A DNA stretch of 64,000 nt from an uncultured Bacteroidota bacterium. Lineage in GTDB: Bacteria > Bacteroidota > Ignavibacteria > UBA10030 > UBA6906. The first letter of the stretch is position 1; each line of letters opens with the position of its first letter. The DNA lies in the NCBI GenBank assembly GCA_963700635.1, contig CAVOYH010000006.1, positions 118,013-182,012 of the forward strand. The letters run 5' to 3'. Both the position numbers and the translations under genes were made by a program. Shown in pieces: positions 18,916 through 29,041 of this stretch. The notes beneath the pieces are model-generated. The model did no database searches. It saw only the letters and a list, made by a program, of their open reading frames with translations, and was not told the DNA's origin.

Positions 18916-20172
18916 CTATTTATCAGCTTCACCCATGACGGGATCGAGGCTGCCGATTACCGCCACGATATCAGAGATCATCCCCCCTTTGAGCATAATG
19001 GGGAGAGCGGAGAGATTACTCGTTGATGGAGAACGGATTTTCATCCGCCACGGATGCCCCGTGCCGTCGGAGACAATATAGAAGCCCAGCTCCCCCTTTG
19101 AGGATTCGATGGCGTGGTAAATTTCTCCGATCGGCGGATCGATGCCGATGTTGATCAACATAAAATCGTGGATCAACTCTTCCATTTTTGTGTACGTCTT
19201 TTCCTTCATCGGTAGGACGCGTTTGGTGTCAAAGGCGTTGTACGGACCCCCGGGGAGTTTATCGAGGGCCTGCCGGAGGATCCCGGCACTCTCACGGATC
19301 TCCGCGAGGCGCACATAAAACCGTGCGAGGGCGTCGCTTTCGGGAAATGTTATGACAGAAAAATCAAGTTCGGGGTAGACGAGATACGGAGCATCACGAC
19401 GCAGATCCCGGGGCACACCCGCCGCCCGCAGTAACGGGCCTGTAAGCCCCCAGGCGATCGCATCCTCACGTGAAATCCTGCCCACATTCTCGCACCGGTC
19501 GATAAAAATCCGGTTGTGCTGCAGCAACGATTCCGCCTCGCGTAAATCCGTCTCAAAGCCGTCAAGAAATGTCCGGAGCATCGTGGAACAGAGCACAGGC
19601 CAATCCTGCTGCAATCCGCCGATACGCGTATAACTTGTGGTGAAGCGGGCACCGCACAGCACATCGTAGATATCCAGGAGTTTTTCCCGCTCCCGGAATG
19701 TCCAGAGCAGCACGGTTAACGCCCCGACGTCCATCGCCATGCTGCCGATCGCAACAAGGTGCGAAGCGACACGTGCCATTTCACAAACGAGAACGCGGAT
19801 AAATTGCGCCCGGCGGGGGGTTTCAATTCCCGCCAGCTTTTCCACGGCGAGGACATAGGCGACATTGTTGGATAACGGAGAGAGGTAGTCCAGCCGGTCG
19901 GTGTGTGGAATGAACTCATGATAGGTGCTGGCTTCCGCGATCTTCTCATACCCCCGGTGCAGATAGCCGAGTTCGGGCACTGCCGCCAGAACGGTTTCCC
20001 CGTCCAGTTTGATCAGCAGGCGCAGGACGCCGTGCGTCGCCGGATGCTGGGGTCCCATGTTGAGGATCATGGTGTTTTCCAGCGGGTCGTCCAGACTCAC
20101 TGTCGTATCCTGGTCCTCCAACGCGGCAAGAATCTGGCTTCGCTGTGGATCGTCTGACGGTCGTAATGGCAC
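18916..20172 (-). CDS. nuoD: NADH-quinone oxidoreductase subunit D
   Basis: NMGPQHPATHGVLR, GYLHRG, DRLDY, SKGELG. Confidence 0.96.
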   Translation of the reverse strand: MPLRPSDDPQRSQILAALEDQDTTVSLDDPLENTMILNMGPQHPATHGVLRLLIKLDGETVLAAVPELGYLHRGYEKIAEASTYHEFIPHTDRLDYLSPLSNNVAYVLAVEKLAGIETPRRAQFIRVLVCEMARVASHLVAIGSMAMDVGALTVLLWTFREREKLLDIYDVLCGARFTTSYTRIGGLQQDWPVLCSTMLRTFLDGFETDLREAESLLQHNRIFIDRCENVGRISREDAIAWGLTGPLLRAAGVPRDLRRDAPYLVYPELDFSVITFPESDALARFYVRLAEIRESAGILRQALDKLPGGPYNAFDTKRVLPMKEKTYTKMEELIHDFMLINIGIDPPIGEIYHAIESSKGELGFYIVSDGTGHPWRMKIRSPSTSNLSALPIMLKGGMISDIVAVIGSLDPVMGEADK

Positions 20173-20212
20173 GGATCAGTTCCGATGATCGTAATGGTAC
20201 TGTACCTCCCCG

Positions 20213-20695
20213 TCAACGCCGGGGAAGCGGAAGCGAATCTGGGATTCCCATCAGGGGGAAGTCCTTGCGTAACGGATGGTACTCAAACTCCTCCGGCATG
20301 TACATGCGGCGCAGGTCGGGGTGTCCCGAGAACCGGATGCCGAACATGTCAAACGTCTCCCGCTCATGCCAGTTTGCACCCGGCCACACACCCGAGACCG
20401 TGGGCACAACAGGATCCTGCTCTTCCACACGGACCTTCAGCCGCAGATACCGTTTGTACTGAAGAGAATACAGGTGATACACTACTTCGAACCGGCCCTC
20501 GGGCAGATACCGGTCGACAGCCGTGACATCGATGACCATATCAAACGCCAGGGACGGATCCGTCTTCAAGGCTTCGCAGACGCGTACAATGTCCGGAAGC
20601 GCGACCAGCAGCGTGAGTTCTCCCCGGAATTCAGACGATGAAAGGACACTCCCGGGCACGAGGGTATTCAGTGTGTCAACCAGGCCGTCCATCAT
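20213..20695 (-). CDS. nuoC: NADH-quinone oxidoreductase subunit C
   Basis: [23 protein letters not shown]. Confidence 0.95.
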   Translation of the reverse strand: MMDGLVDTLNTLVPGSVLSSSEFRGELTLLVALPDIVRVCEALKTDPSLAFDMVIDVTAVDRYLPEGRFEVVYHLYSLQYKRYLRLKVRVEEQDPVVPTVSGVWPGANWHERETFDMFGIRFSGHPDLRRMYMPEEFEYHPLRKDFPLMGIPDSLPLPRR

Positions 20696-21210
20696 GAGAC
20701 CGATTCCGGAATGGTGATCTGTTCTTTGCGGGAGCCTCCGCCACCGGCGTGTTCCCGCGCAATCTTTTTCTGAAGTTCGATCAGGGCGTGCAGAAGCGCT
20801 TCGGGGCGCGGCGGACAACCGGCCACGAAGATATCCACGGGAAGAAACTGATCAATCCCCTGCACGACGGAGTAGGAACGGAACATCCCTCCGGACGAAG
20901 CGCATGCGCCCATCGAAATGACCCACTTGGGATCCGGCATCTGGTCGTAGATCTTCCGGACCACCTTCGACATTTTATACGTGACTGTGCCCGCAACGAT
21001 GATCACGTCACACTGGCGGGGTGTAAAGCGCATCACTTCGGAACCAAAACGGGCAATATCAAACCGTGGAGAAGCTGTCGCCATCATTTCGATCGCGCAG
21101 CATGAAATGCCCATCGGCATCGGCCAGAGAGAATTTTTTCTCGCCCAGCCGATCACTTCGTCAAGCCGTGTTGTCAGAAATCCGTCACTCTGCAGCCGGT
21201 CCGGTCCCAT
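20692..21210 (-). CDS. nuoB: NADH-quinone oxidoreductase subunit B
   Basis: [23 protein letters not shown]. Confidence 0.96.
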   Translation of the reverse strand: MGPDRLQSDGFLTTRLDEVIGWARKNSLWPMPMGISCCAIEMMATASPRFDIARFGSEVMRFTPRQCDVIIVAGTVTYKMSKVVRKIYDQMPDPKWVISMGACASSGGMFRSYSVVQGIDQFLPVDIFVAGCPPRPEALLHALIELQKKIAREHAGGGGSRKEQITIPESVS

Positions 21211-21280
21211 CACCAACCCTCCCTCTCGTTCCCATTGCCCGCACCCGGGCGTCCATCATCCATTGGTAGTCCCACGGTTG

Positions 21281-21634
21281 TCATTTCCAGTCCATCCCCC
21301 CTTTACGCCATTCATAGATCAGGCCGATCACAAGGATAAAGAGAAACATCCCCATCCCGATAATGCCCGCGGCATCCAGAGTGCGGAAGACGACTGCCCA
21401 CGGGTAGAGAAAGACGATTTCGATATCAAAAACGATGAAGAGCATCGCCACGAGATAAAACTTCACGGAGAAACGCTCCCGCGCGGTCCTGATGGGCTCC
21501 ATCCCGCTTTCGTACGTCGAAAGTTTTTCCTCGGACGGTCGGCGTGGACCCAACCACCGGCTGATGTTTGTAAACACGACCCCGGCAAGAACGCCGATGA
21601 GGATCATGAACGAAATCGGGATGTACTGTTCCAT
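21281..21634 (-). CDS. nuoA: NADH-quinone oxidoreductase subunit A
   Basis: YESG, FYLVAMLFIVFDIE, YEWRKG. Confidence 0.95.
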   Translation of the reverse strand: MEQYIPISFMILIGVLAGVVFTNISRWLGPRRPSEEKLSTYESGMEPIRTARERFSVKFYLVAMLFIVFDIEIVFLYPWAVVFRTLDAAGIIGMGMFLFILVIGLIYEWRKGGMDWK

Positions 21635-21680
21635 TGTTCCTAACAAGCGTGGAGGTAGGAAAGTTTGCTTCCAGGGGGGT

Positions 21681-21709
21681 AATCTACGGAAAACACGCCA
21701 GAATGTCAA
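21681..21709 (-). promoter_or_regulatory. sigma70-type promoter of the nuoA operon
   Basis: Minus strand TTGACA-N17-TAGATT. Confidence 0.7.
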
Positions 21710-21722
21710 CGAAACGAGGGGA

Positions 21723-23540
21723 TCAGCTGATCCCATCGTACATCGTATCGATCAGACGTCCGTACCGTTCTTCGACGACCTTGCGGCGTACTTTCTGGGT
21801 CGGGGTAAGTTCTCCCTCTTCGATGGAAAACTGCTTCTCCAATAGCGTGAACCGGCGCACCCGTTCGTAATTGGCCAGATCTTTCTGAATTTTGTTGATT
21901 TCTTTGTCGATCAGCTCGTTTATCTCCGGCTCCTTCACGAGATCGGCGACAGAGGCATAGGTGATGTTCCGGGCATCGGCAAATTCCGCCAATGCGTCAA
22001 AATCGGGGACGATCAGGGCGGTGAGGAACATACGCCGGTCTCCGATCAGCATAAACTGCTCGATATATTTGTTGGAAAGGAAAAGATTCTCGATGGGCTG
22101 CGGGGCAATGTTCTTTCCACCCGAGCTGACAAAGAGGTGTTTCTTCCTGTCGGTAATATGAAGAAATCCCTCCGCATCGATATTCCCTATGTCGCCGGTA
22201 CGGAGCCATCCTTCTTCATCAATCGCTTCCCGGGTGGCCTTTTCATCATTATAATAGCCTTTCATGATGTTCGGACCCCGTGCCAGGATCTCGCCATCAG
22301 AGGCAATCTTGATTTCAACTCCCGGAATCGGGTGGCCCACCGCACCAAACTTGTAATTTTCCAGTCGGTTTGCCGTGATGACCGGGGAGCTTTCGGTGAG
22401 TCCGTATCCCTCAATCACCTTGAGTCCCACCGCTTCAAAAAACTCTCCAAACTCTTTTGCGAGCGCGGCACCGCCGGAGACGAAGAACCGCATTCTCCCG
22501 CCTGTCCGTTCGCGCAACTTGCCATACACAAGCTTGTCCGCAACCGCATGATTGAGCCGGAGCCCGATGGGAATGGAACCTTTGCGTGCCGCCCGGGCAT
22601 ACCGGTGACCTATGTCCAGCGCCCAGAAGAATATTTTCTTCTTCAGGGGGGAGCCGGCATCAACCTGTTTCATCACACGGCTGTAGATCCGTTCGAAGAG
22701 CCGTGGGACGGTGGTAACGATTGTCGGGCGGACCTCGATCATATTGTCCCGCACGGTTTCCACACTCTCGGCGTAGGCAATCGTGGCCCCGCAGGCCATT
22801 GCGGTGTAATAACCGGCCATACGTTCAAAACTGTGGGAGAGCGGGAGGAAGGACAACATCCGATCCTGGGTGCCAAATTCGATCACTTCAGCCGAGGCGA
22901 TAACATTGCTGACAAGGTTGTTATGCGTGAGCATGACGCCCTTGGGATTTCCCGTGGTTCCGGATGTATAAATAAGGGTCAGCAGGTCGTCCGGCTGAAC
23001 GCTCCGGATACTCCTGGCGAGCAACTCGGGATCCTCTTTGCGCCGTTTTTCCCCCATCTCGTGGACTGAGGTCAAGCCAATAGTGTCCGGTTCGGGTATC
23101 TGCCCCTTGTCACTGATGAGGATCACCCTTTCCAGCGTCTTGATGTCAGGATACACCCGCATCACCTTGTTCAGCTGGAACTGGTTGGACACGATCGCAA
23201 TTTTCACGCCGGCATCATTGAAGATATACTCGATCTGTTTGGCAGTCATTGTAGGATACAACGGCACCCCCACCGCGCCAAGAGCAACAATGGCCTGATC
23301 GCTGATGACCCATTCGGGTCTGTTCTCAGATATGATTGCCACGCGGTCACCACGTTCGATCCCCAGGGCAGAGAGCCCGAACGCGAAGGTTTCGACTTTT
23401 GACCGCATTTCGCTGTAAGAGATCCCTTTGTACGATCCATCGGACTTGTACATCAACGCAGGCCGGGAATCCTTTTCGAATTTCTCGGTCAGTCGCTGGA
23501 ACATTTCAGGGATCGTGCGGAACTCGACCGCAACTGCCAT
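21723..23540 (-). CDS. Long-chain fatty acid-CoA ligase
   Basis: YTSGTTGNPKG, EGYGLTE, TGDIG, DRKK, LTPTQK. Confidence 0.92.
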   Translation of the reverse strand: MAVAVEFRTIPEMFQRLTEKFEKDSRPALMYKSDGSYKGISYSEMRSKVETFAFGLSALGIERGDRVAIISENRPEWVISDQAIVALGAVGVPLYPTMTAKQIEYIFNDAGVKIAIVSNQFQLNKVMRVYPDIKTLERVILISDKGQIPEPDTIGLTSVHEMGEKRRKEDPELLARSIRSVQPDDLLTLIYTSGTTGNPKGVMLTHNNLVSNVIASAEVIEFGTQDRMLSFLPLSHSFERMAGYYTAMACGATIAYAESVETVRDNMIEVRPTIVTTVPRLFERIYSRVMKQVDAGSPLKKKIFFWALDIGHRYARAARKGSIPIGLRLNHAVADKLVYGKLRERTGGRMRFFVSGGAALAKEFGEFFEAVGLKVIEGYGLTESSPVITANRLENYKFGAVGHPIPGVEIKIASDGEILARGPNIMKGYYNDEKATREAIDEEGWLRTGDIGNIDAEGFLHITDRKKHLFVSSGGKNIAPQPIENLFLSNKYIEQFMLIGDRRMFLTALIVPDFDALAEFADARNITYASVADLVKEPEINELIDKEINKIQKDLANYERVRRFTLLEKQFSIEEGELTPTQKVRRKVVEERYGRLIDTMYDGIS

Positions 23541-23583
23541 GGGGGATTCCTGATTATTTGGAGAGTGGAGGGGCTAGGGTTCA

Positions 23584-23612
23584 AACATAGGGCACAGGAA
23601 GGTCAAATGCAA
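23584..23612 (-). promoter_or_regulatory. sigma70-type promoter for the acyl-CoA ligase
   Basis: Minus strand TTGCAT-N17-TATGTT. Confidence 0.5.
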
Positions 23613-23694
23613 GATGTTAAATCAGATACGTGACCCGGAAAGCCGGCAAGCGCATAGTTCGTAAAAAAGAATCACTCCTCATGAAAATTTTTAC

Positions 23695-23723
23695 TTGACT
23701 TATCCCCCCTTAGATTGTATATT
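23695..23723 (+). promoter_or_regulatory. sigma70-type promoter upstream of nrdJ
   Basis: TTGACT-N17-TATATT. Confidence 0.65.
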
Positions 23724-24015
23724 TTCCGCCGTGCTTCCCGGCGCGTTATACAATCGCAGGAAGTGAATGCCGGAAGTTATTACCGTTCATTGTACTATAG
23801 ATCATACCACCCACTCCGGGGCCCCTTAACTCTGGGAATACGCATGGTTCTCTGCGAAAACCACACCAGAAAGATCTCCCGCGCCCCGGCGATTCATTTT
23901 CGTGATAGTGTTAAGAATACAGTTGCGCATACAGACCCCCCGGGGGGGACTATACAGTCTGGGAATGCGTGAGCATTGTTTTGTTGACGGTTTGCCCATC
24001 TACGTGGAGTTGTTC

Positions 24016-26376
24016 ATGGCTCGTAACCAACCAGTGTCCGGATCATCTATCAAAACCCGCGTTACGCCCGCGCCTCCTTCTTCCTTTCCGATGAATGAGA
24101 CGGTAATGGACCTGGCGCTGGACTGCCGTGACTATTACGGCGACAATGAGCTTGCGGCAGATGTCCTTCGTTCCAAATACCTGGCTCCAAACGAACAGGG
24201 CCCCATGCACCTCTGGGACCGCATCGCGCGTGCTGTCGCATCAGTAGAGACTTCCGACCGTGAACACTGGCAACACCGATTTCTTGAAATCCTCTTTGAT
24301 TTTACATTCGTCCCGGGTGGAAGGGTGATGCACGGAGCCGGACGTGAAGATGCACGACGACGCCCCACGCTCTCCAATTGTTACGTCATCCCGATTGAAG
24401 AAGACAGCATTGAAGGGATTTACCGTTGTTTGAGTGAATCGGCGATGGTCTACCGGACGGGCGGCGGCGTGGGGACGGATCTTTCAACTCTCCGTCCGGA
24501 AGGGGCGCCCGTAAATGCAACGATCGACCATTCGCCGGGTGCCACCGCGTTCATGAACCTGTTCAGCGAAAGCACCAACACGGTTTCTCAGGCGGGTCGC
24601 CGCGGTGCCCTGATGTTAACCATGCGGGTCGACCACCCGGACATCGAGCGGTTTATCACCATCAAGAACGATCCCCGCCGCACCCGCGTCCAGCACGCGA
24701 ATGTCAGCGTGTTGATCACCCATGAATTTATGGACGCCGTCACGAACGACCGGCCGTTCGATCTGCGATGGAACGGCAAGACCTATCGCACAGTCAACGC
24801 ACGCGAACTCTGGTTCAAGATCATCAAAAGCGCTCACGCCTCCGCCGAACCGGGCATCATCTTCTGGGATACAATGCGGGATTACCACAACGTCGAGTAC
24901 GCCAATCCCCTCACCAGCACCAACCCGTGCGGCGAACAGCCCCTCGCATCATACACCGCGTGTAATCTCGGCAACATCAATCTGAACAAGTTCGTCGGGG
25001 CGGACGGAGAGTTTGAGTATGAGCGTCTTGCGGAGGTCACCCGTGTGGCTACCCGCTTTATGGACAACATCATCGAATACAACATGGAAAATCATGCGCT
25101 GGAGAAGATCCGGAAGGCCGTGGCTTCCGATCGCCGCATCGGACTCGGTATCACCGGTCTGGCCGACGCATTGATGCTCATGAAGATCCGGTACGATTCG
25201 CAGGCAGCGCTGGATGCAACCGATCGGATCATGCAGACCATTCGCGACGAAGCATACCGGACATCCATTGCGCTTGCGCGTGAAAAAGGCGCTTTCCCGC
25301 TCTTCCAGTGGGAAGGATACGCCCGCAGCAAGTTTGTCCAGTCTCTTCCACGGGACATTCAGGAGGATATCCGGAAACACGGAATCCGCAACAGCACTGT
25401 GCTCACCGTTCCCCCGGTCGGCACCGGCTCCATCGTTGCCCAGACAAGCTCGGGCATCGAGCCCGTGTTCTGCACGAGCTACCGCCGCCGGGTGAAGAAC
25501 AATGACGGCGAAACGTTCTCTGAATACAAAGTCTTTCACCCCCTCGTGAAAAAACTTTTCGGCGACGATGTAAACCTCCCTGAGTATGTTGTCACCGCAC
25601 ATGACATTGATCCGTACTTCAGGGTCAAAATGCAGGGAGTCATCCAGAAGTATATCGACAGCAGCATTTCCTCAACCGTGAATCTGGCGGAAGACGTGAG
25701 TGTTGAGACTGTCGGGGATATCTATCTGACGGCGTACAAGGCCGGCCTGAAGGGCATTACCGTGTATCGGGAAGGAAGCCGCGAAGGAATACTGCAAACA
25801 GAGGATTTTGCGCGCAAACAGATCGGGCAGGACAAAGCAAAACCGGAGTCGCGCGCGGTGAAAGGGCCGCGCACACGCCCCGCGCGTACCCATGGCGTCA
25901 CCGAACGGGTGAAGACCGGGGAAGGTTACCTGTACGTCACGATCAATGAAGACGATTCCGGAATGTGCGAGATCTTTACCACGATCGGAAAAGCAGGCGG
26001 AAATGCAGCCGCCCAATCCGAAGCGATCTCCCGGCTGATATCCCTCGCGCTGCGGTCCGGTATTGAGCCACGGGAAGTCATCAAACAACTCAAGGGAATA
26101 TCCGGGCCCACGTCTGTCTGGGACGGACAGGGAGGCCAGATTCTCTCGACCCCCGATGCAATAGGGAAAGTACTCGAACGCTACCTGGACGAGCGGGACG
26201 AAATCTTTGCCCTGCGCGCTGCCAAAACAAAGAAGGGTAAATCCCACGTATCCGGACTCCGTCAGCCAGACGGATCAAAGGCCGTCTCCGGCTCTACATG
26301 CCCCGAATGCGGCAGTACGGTGGAACACATGAGCGGCTGCGTCGTATGTTATCAGTGCGGTTGGTCGAAGTGCTGA
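24016..26376 (+). CDS. nrdJ: Class II (adenosylcobalamin-dependent) ribonucleotide reductase with TSCPD domain and C-terminal Zn finger
   Basis: SNCYV, TNPCGEQ, ACNLG, ISSTVN, KGITVYR; C-terminal CPECG...GCVVCYQCGWSKC; no small subunit adjacent; start uncertain (24016 or 24091). Confidence 0.92.
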   Translation: MARNQPVSGSSIKTRVTPAPPSSFPMNETVMDLALDCRDYYGDNELAADVLRSKYLAPNEQGPMHLWDRIARAVASVETSDREHWQHRFLEILFDFTFVPGGRVMHGAGREDARRRPTLSNCYVIPIEEDSIEGIYRCLSESAMVYRTGGGVGTDLSTLRPEGAPVNATIDHSPGATAFMNLFSESTNTVSQAGRRGALMLTMRVDHPDIERFITIKNDPRRTRVQHANVSVLITHEFMDAVTNDRPFDLRWNGKTYRTVNARELWFKIIKSAHASAEPGIIFWDTMRDYHNVEYANPLTSTNPCGEQPLASYTACNLGNINLNKFVGADGEFEYERLAEVTRVATRFMDNIIEYNMENHALEKIRKAVASDRRIGLGITGLADALMLMKIRYDSQAALDATDRIMQTIRDEAYRTSIALAREKGAFPLFQWEGYARSKFVQSLPRDIQEDIRKHGIRNSTVLTVPPVGTGSIVAQTSSGIEPVFCTSYRRRVKNNDGETFSEYKVFHPLVKKLFGDDVNLPEYVVTAHDIDPYFRVKMQGVIQKYIDSSISSTVNLAEDVSVETVGDIYLTAYKAGLKGITVYREGSREGILQTEDFARKQIGQDKAKPESRAVKGPRTRPARTHGVTERVKTGEGYLYVTINEDDSGMCEIFTTIGKAGGNAAAQSEAISRLISLALRSGIEPREVIKQLKGISGPTSVWDGQGGQILSTPDAIGKVLERYLDERDEIFALRAAKTKKGKSHVSGLRQPDGSKAVSGSTCPECGSTVEHMSGCVVCYQCGWSKC

Positions 26377-26387
26377 CCGGACAAAGC

Positions 26388-26449
26388 AGAGCCGCAAAGC
26401 GAACAGAGAATAGACACATGGCACTCTTCTCTGTAGCCTTTGCGGCTCT
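26388..26449. repeat. REP-like imperfect palindrome between convergent genes
   Basis: AGAGCCGCAAAG..ACAGAGAA-loop-TTCTCTGT..CTTTGCGGCTCT. Confidence 0.6.
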
Positions 26450-26483
26450 CATGTAACCCCCCCCCTCCCGCAACAGCTCCGGA

Positions 26484-26963
26484 TTACAGTACGGCCTTCA
26501 CCGCCTTCTCAAAGTCCGCTTCCAGTATTGCCCCCACGTGCTTGGAGACAATGTTTCCCTTCCGGTCAACGATAAAGGTTGTCGGAATCGCCTCCACGCC
26601 GCCGTACTGGTCTGTGAGCTTCTGATCGCCGATCACGATCGGGTAGCTGATCTTGTTTTTTGCGAGATACGGCGTGACGTCGTTCCACCCGCCACGGTCC
26701 AGTGCAATCCCTACGATTTCGAGACCCTTGGACTTGTACTTCTCATAGACATTAATCATTCCGGGGATTTCCCGCCGGCATGGCGAACACCAGGTCGCCC
26801 AGAAGTTCACGACCACAACTTTGCCCGTGAGTTTCTTTAATTCGATCGTTTTCCCATCTGCGGTCTTCAGGGAAAAATTCGGCGCGGGGTCGGCGGCAAA
26901 GGCCGTTGAGAGGGAAACGCCCAGGACAAGAAGAACTGCTACGACAATCTGAACCGGCTTCAT
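26484..26963 (-). CDS. TlpA/ResA family exported thiol-disulfide oxidoreductase
   Basis: Signal peptide; VNFWATWCSPCRREIP, IPTTFIVD. Confidence 0.92.
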   Translation of the reverse strand: MKPVQIVVAVLLVLGVSLSTAFAADPAPNFSLKTADGKTIELKKLTGKVVVVNFWATWCSPCRREIPGMINVYEKYKSKGLEIVGIALDRGGWNDVTPYLAKNKISYPIVIGDQKLTDQYGGVEAIPTTFIVDRKGNIVSKHVGAILEADFEKAVKAVL

Positions 26964-27037
26964 GAATACCTCGTTTTGTGCACGCGTGAAACATTAAATA
27001 CTGTGAGGATTGTACAGATAAAACACCGGAATGGGTC

Positions 27038-27568
27038 CTACCGTTCCTTTTTCCCCCCGGAACCGGTTCCCGATGGGCTCCACGCCTCAAGAAATGTTCT
27101 GATTTTCGCAGGATCATGACCCTTTCCGGACTCCAGCTCGCCTGTGTCCTGAGAATGCAGCAGGGCCCCGTCCTTTGCGAGGACAAAAAGATGCGGGTAT
27201 CCCGGAATTTTAGGATACCGTGAAAGGACGGCCTCGTTTTTGTTTTCCTTGCTGTAGTTTACCTTCACAACAACATAATTGCTGTGGAGATACTCCGCAA
27301 GTGCCGGATGCCGCATGAACAAGGTATCCAGCCGGTGGCACCAGATGCACCATTCCCCTCCGACATCCAGCAGAACCCTCCGGTCAGAGCGTTTTGCTTC
27401 GCGGAGAGCATCGGCAATGTCTTTCGCCGCGTCTCTTTGGGGATCAAATGTTGTCACAGGTGAGTATCCCGCGCCAAACGGCGTCGGGCTTTGAGCAAGG
27501 CTGTCGCCGGTGACCACAGAGAGCGCCAGCATCAGCCCCAGTGTTGCCAGAGGTGCAAAGTACTTCAT
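27038..27568 (-). CDS. Exported thioredoxin-family protein
   Basis: Signal peptide; VGGEWCIWCH, GYP cis-Pro loop. Confidence 0.85.
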   Translation of the reverse strand: MKYFAPLATLGLMLALSVVTGDSLAQSPTPFGAGYSPVTTFDPQRDAAKDIADALREAKRSDRRVLLDVGGEWCIWCHRLDTLFMRHPALAEYLHSNYVVVKVNYSKENKNEAVLSRYPKIPGYPHLFVLAKDGALLHSQDTGELESGKGHDPAKIRTFLEAWSPSGTGSGGKKER

Positions 27569-27764
27569 CGCGCAGCGTTTCCCTTCCGATGTTTGTGTCT
27601 CGAGTCCCCGCGAAGACGTATCGTCCACTCAAAGGTCCAGATCAGATGGCACTGTGTCCGCCGGCCTGCACCACCTCCATCCATCATGGGATCGCCGGGC
27701 ACGGCGGCACGCACGGTTCCAGATTCCAGAGAAATGTACGAACAGCGTATACTGGATGCAATCG

Positions 27765-29006
27765 TTATTCGTACCGGAGGCTTTCGACGGGGTCAACGGA
27801 TGCCGCGCGGCGGGCGGGAAAATAGCCGGCGATCAAACCAATCAGCGCGAGTATACCCGCGGTGACCAGCATGGTGACAGGAGACAGGATGGGTTTGCCC
27901 AGAAACTGCATTGGTCCGTCCTCACTGGGTAGAAGGTGGACCACACTCACCACACCCCATGAAAACAGCATCCCGATGCTCCCCCCGATGAAGGCAATGA
28001 GGAGGGCTTCGAAAATAAATTGGGCGAGGATGTGCCGCCGTCGGGCTCCCACGGCCATGCGGATCCCGATTTCCCTTGTACGTTCTTTTACGACCACATA
28101 CATCACATTGGCAACGCCGACACCCGCGATCAGCAGCGTCAGGAAACCCACTCCAAACAAGAAGATGGTCACGCCCACGCTCACCCGCCGGTTGATCTTC
28201 TCGTTCTCAATGAAGTCCCAGATGAACAGAGTGCGCTCGTCATCGGGATGAAAATGGTACTTGCGCGAAAGGACCCTGAAGATTTCCTTTTTGACTTCTT
28301 CCTGACGGGAGGGATCGCCGGGGCGAACAACGATCGAATTTACGAATTCTCTGCCGAACATGGTACGCAACGTACTGTTGGGAATAATAGCCCTGCGGCT
28401 GTCAGGACCATTGTTCATGCTGGTCTGGAGTTTGGCCTGCAGGATGCCGATCACGGTGAACGGCACCCCCTCCAGGAGAACCGTTTTCCCGATGGGATCC
28501 TGCTCGGCGAACAACTCACGGGCAATCACACTTCCCAGCACAAGGACACGGCGTTGTTGCATGACATCCACGGCATTCAGAAAACGTCCGCCGGCCGCCG
28601 GGTACATCCGGCGCATTTCCTCAAAATTGGGATCGACGCCCTCACACTCGGTGTTCATGGAGAGTGTTCCGTAGGTGAGCCGCGTGTTCGCACGATACTG
28701 GGGCGTGACCATCTCGAGAGAGGGGATGGCACGGCGGAGTAACTCTGCATCTTCCTCGAGCAGGCGGATGCGTCGTCCCTTGGGTACACCTTCGTACTGC
28801 ATTCCTGTCTCTCCACCGTACAGCACCATGATCCGGTTGCCCGCATTCAGGAGGCCATTCGTCATCTGTGTCCCCAATCCATCGCCGAAGGCCAGCAGGA
28901 GCACGACGGCAATCGTACCCCATGTGATGGCCAGAATCGTCAGGAACGCGCGGGTACGCTGGGCATGAAGGTCCTTGAGAAAATCTTTTATGAGTTCGCG
29001 CCACAT
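27765..29006 (-). CDS. MacB/FtsX-like ABC transporter permease
   Basis: GVGVANVM, ERTREIGIRMAVGA, PARRAA..DPVESLRYE. Confidence 0.92.
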   Translation of the reverse strand: MWRELIKDFLKDLHAQRTRAFLTILAITWGTIAVVLLLAFGDGLGTQMTNGLLNAGNRIMVLYGGETGMQYEGVPKGRRIRLLEEDAELLRRAIPSLEMVTPQYRANTRLTYGTLSMNTECEGVDPNFEEMRRMYPAAGGRFLNAVDVMQQRRVLVLGSVIARELFAEQDPIGKTVLLEGVPFTVIGILQAKLQTSMNNGPDSRRAIIPNSTLRTMFGREFVNSIVVRPGDPSRQEEVKKEIFRVLSRKYHFHPDDERTLFIWDFIENEKINRRVSVGVTIFLFGVGFLTLLIAGVGVANVMYVVVKERTREIGIRMAVGARRRHILAQFIFEALLIAFIGGSIGMLFSWGVVSVVHLLPSEDGPMQFLGKPILSPVTMLVTAGILALIGLIAGYFPARRAASVDPVESLRYE

Positions 29007-29041
29007 GGGAACGTAAACCTGCGTAAGAGAATGTGAAACAA

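Noticed and set aside
23640-24015. NrdR boxes or cobalamin riboswitch upstream of nrdJ
   Set aside because: No match to either consensus by eye
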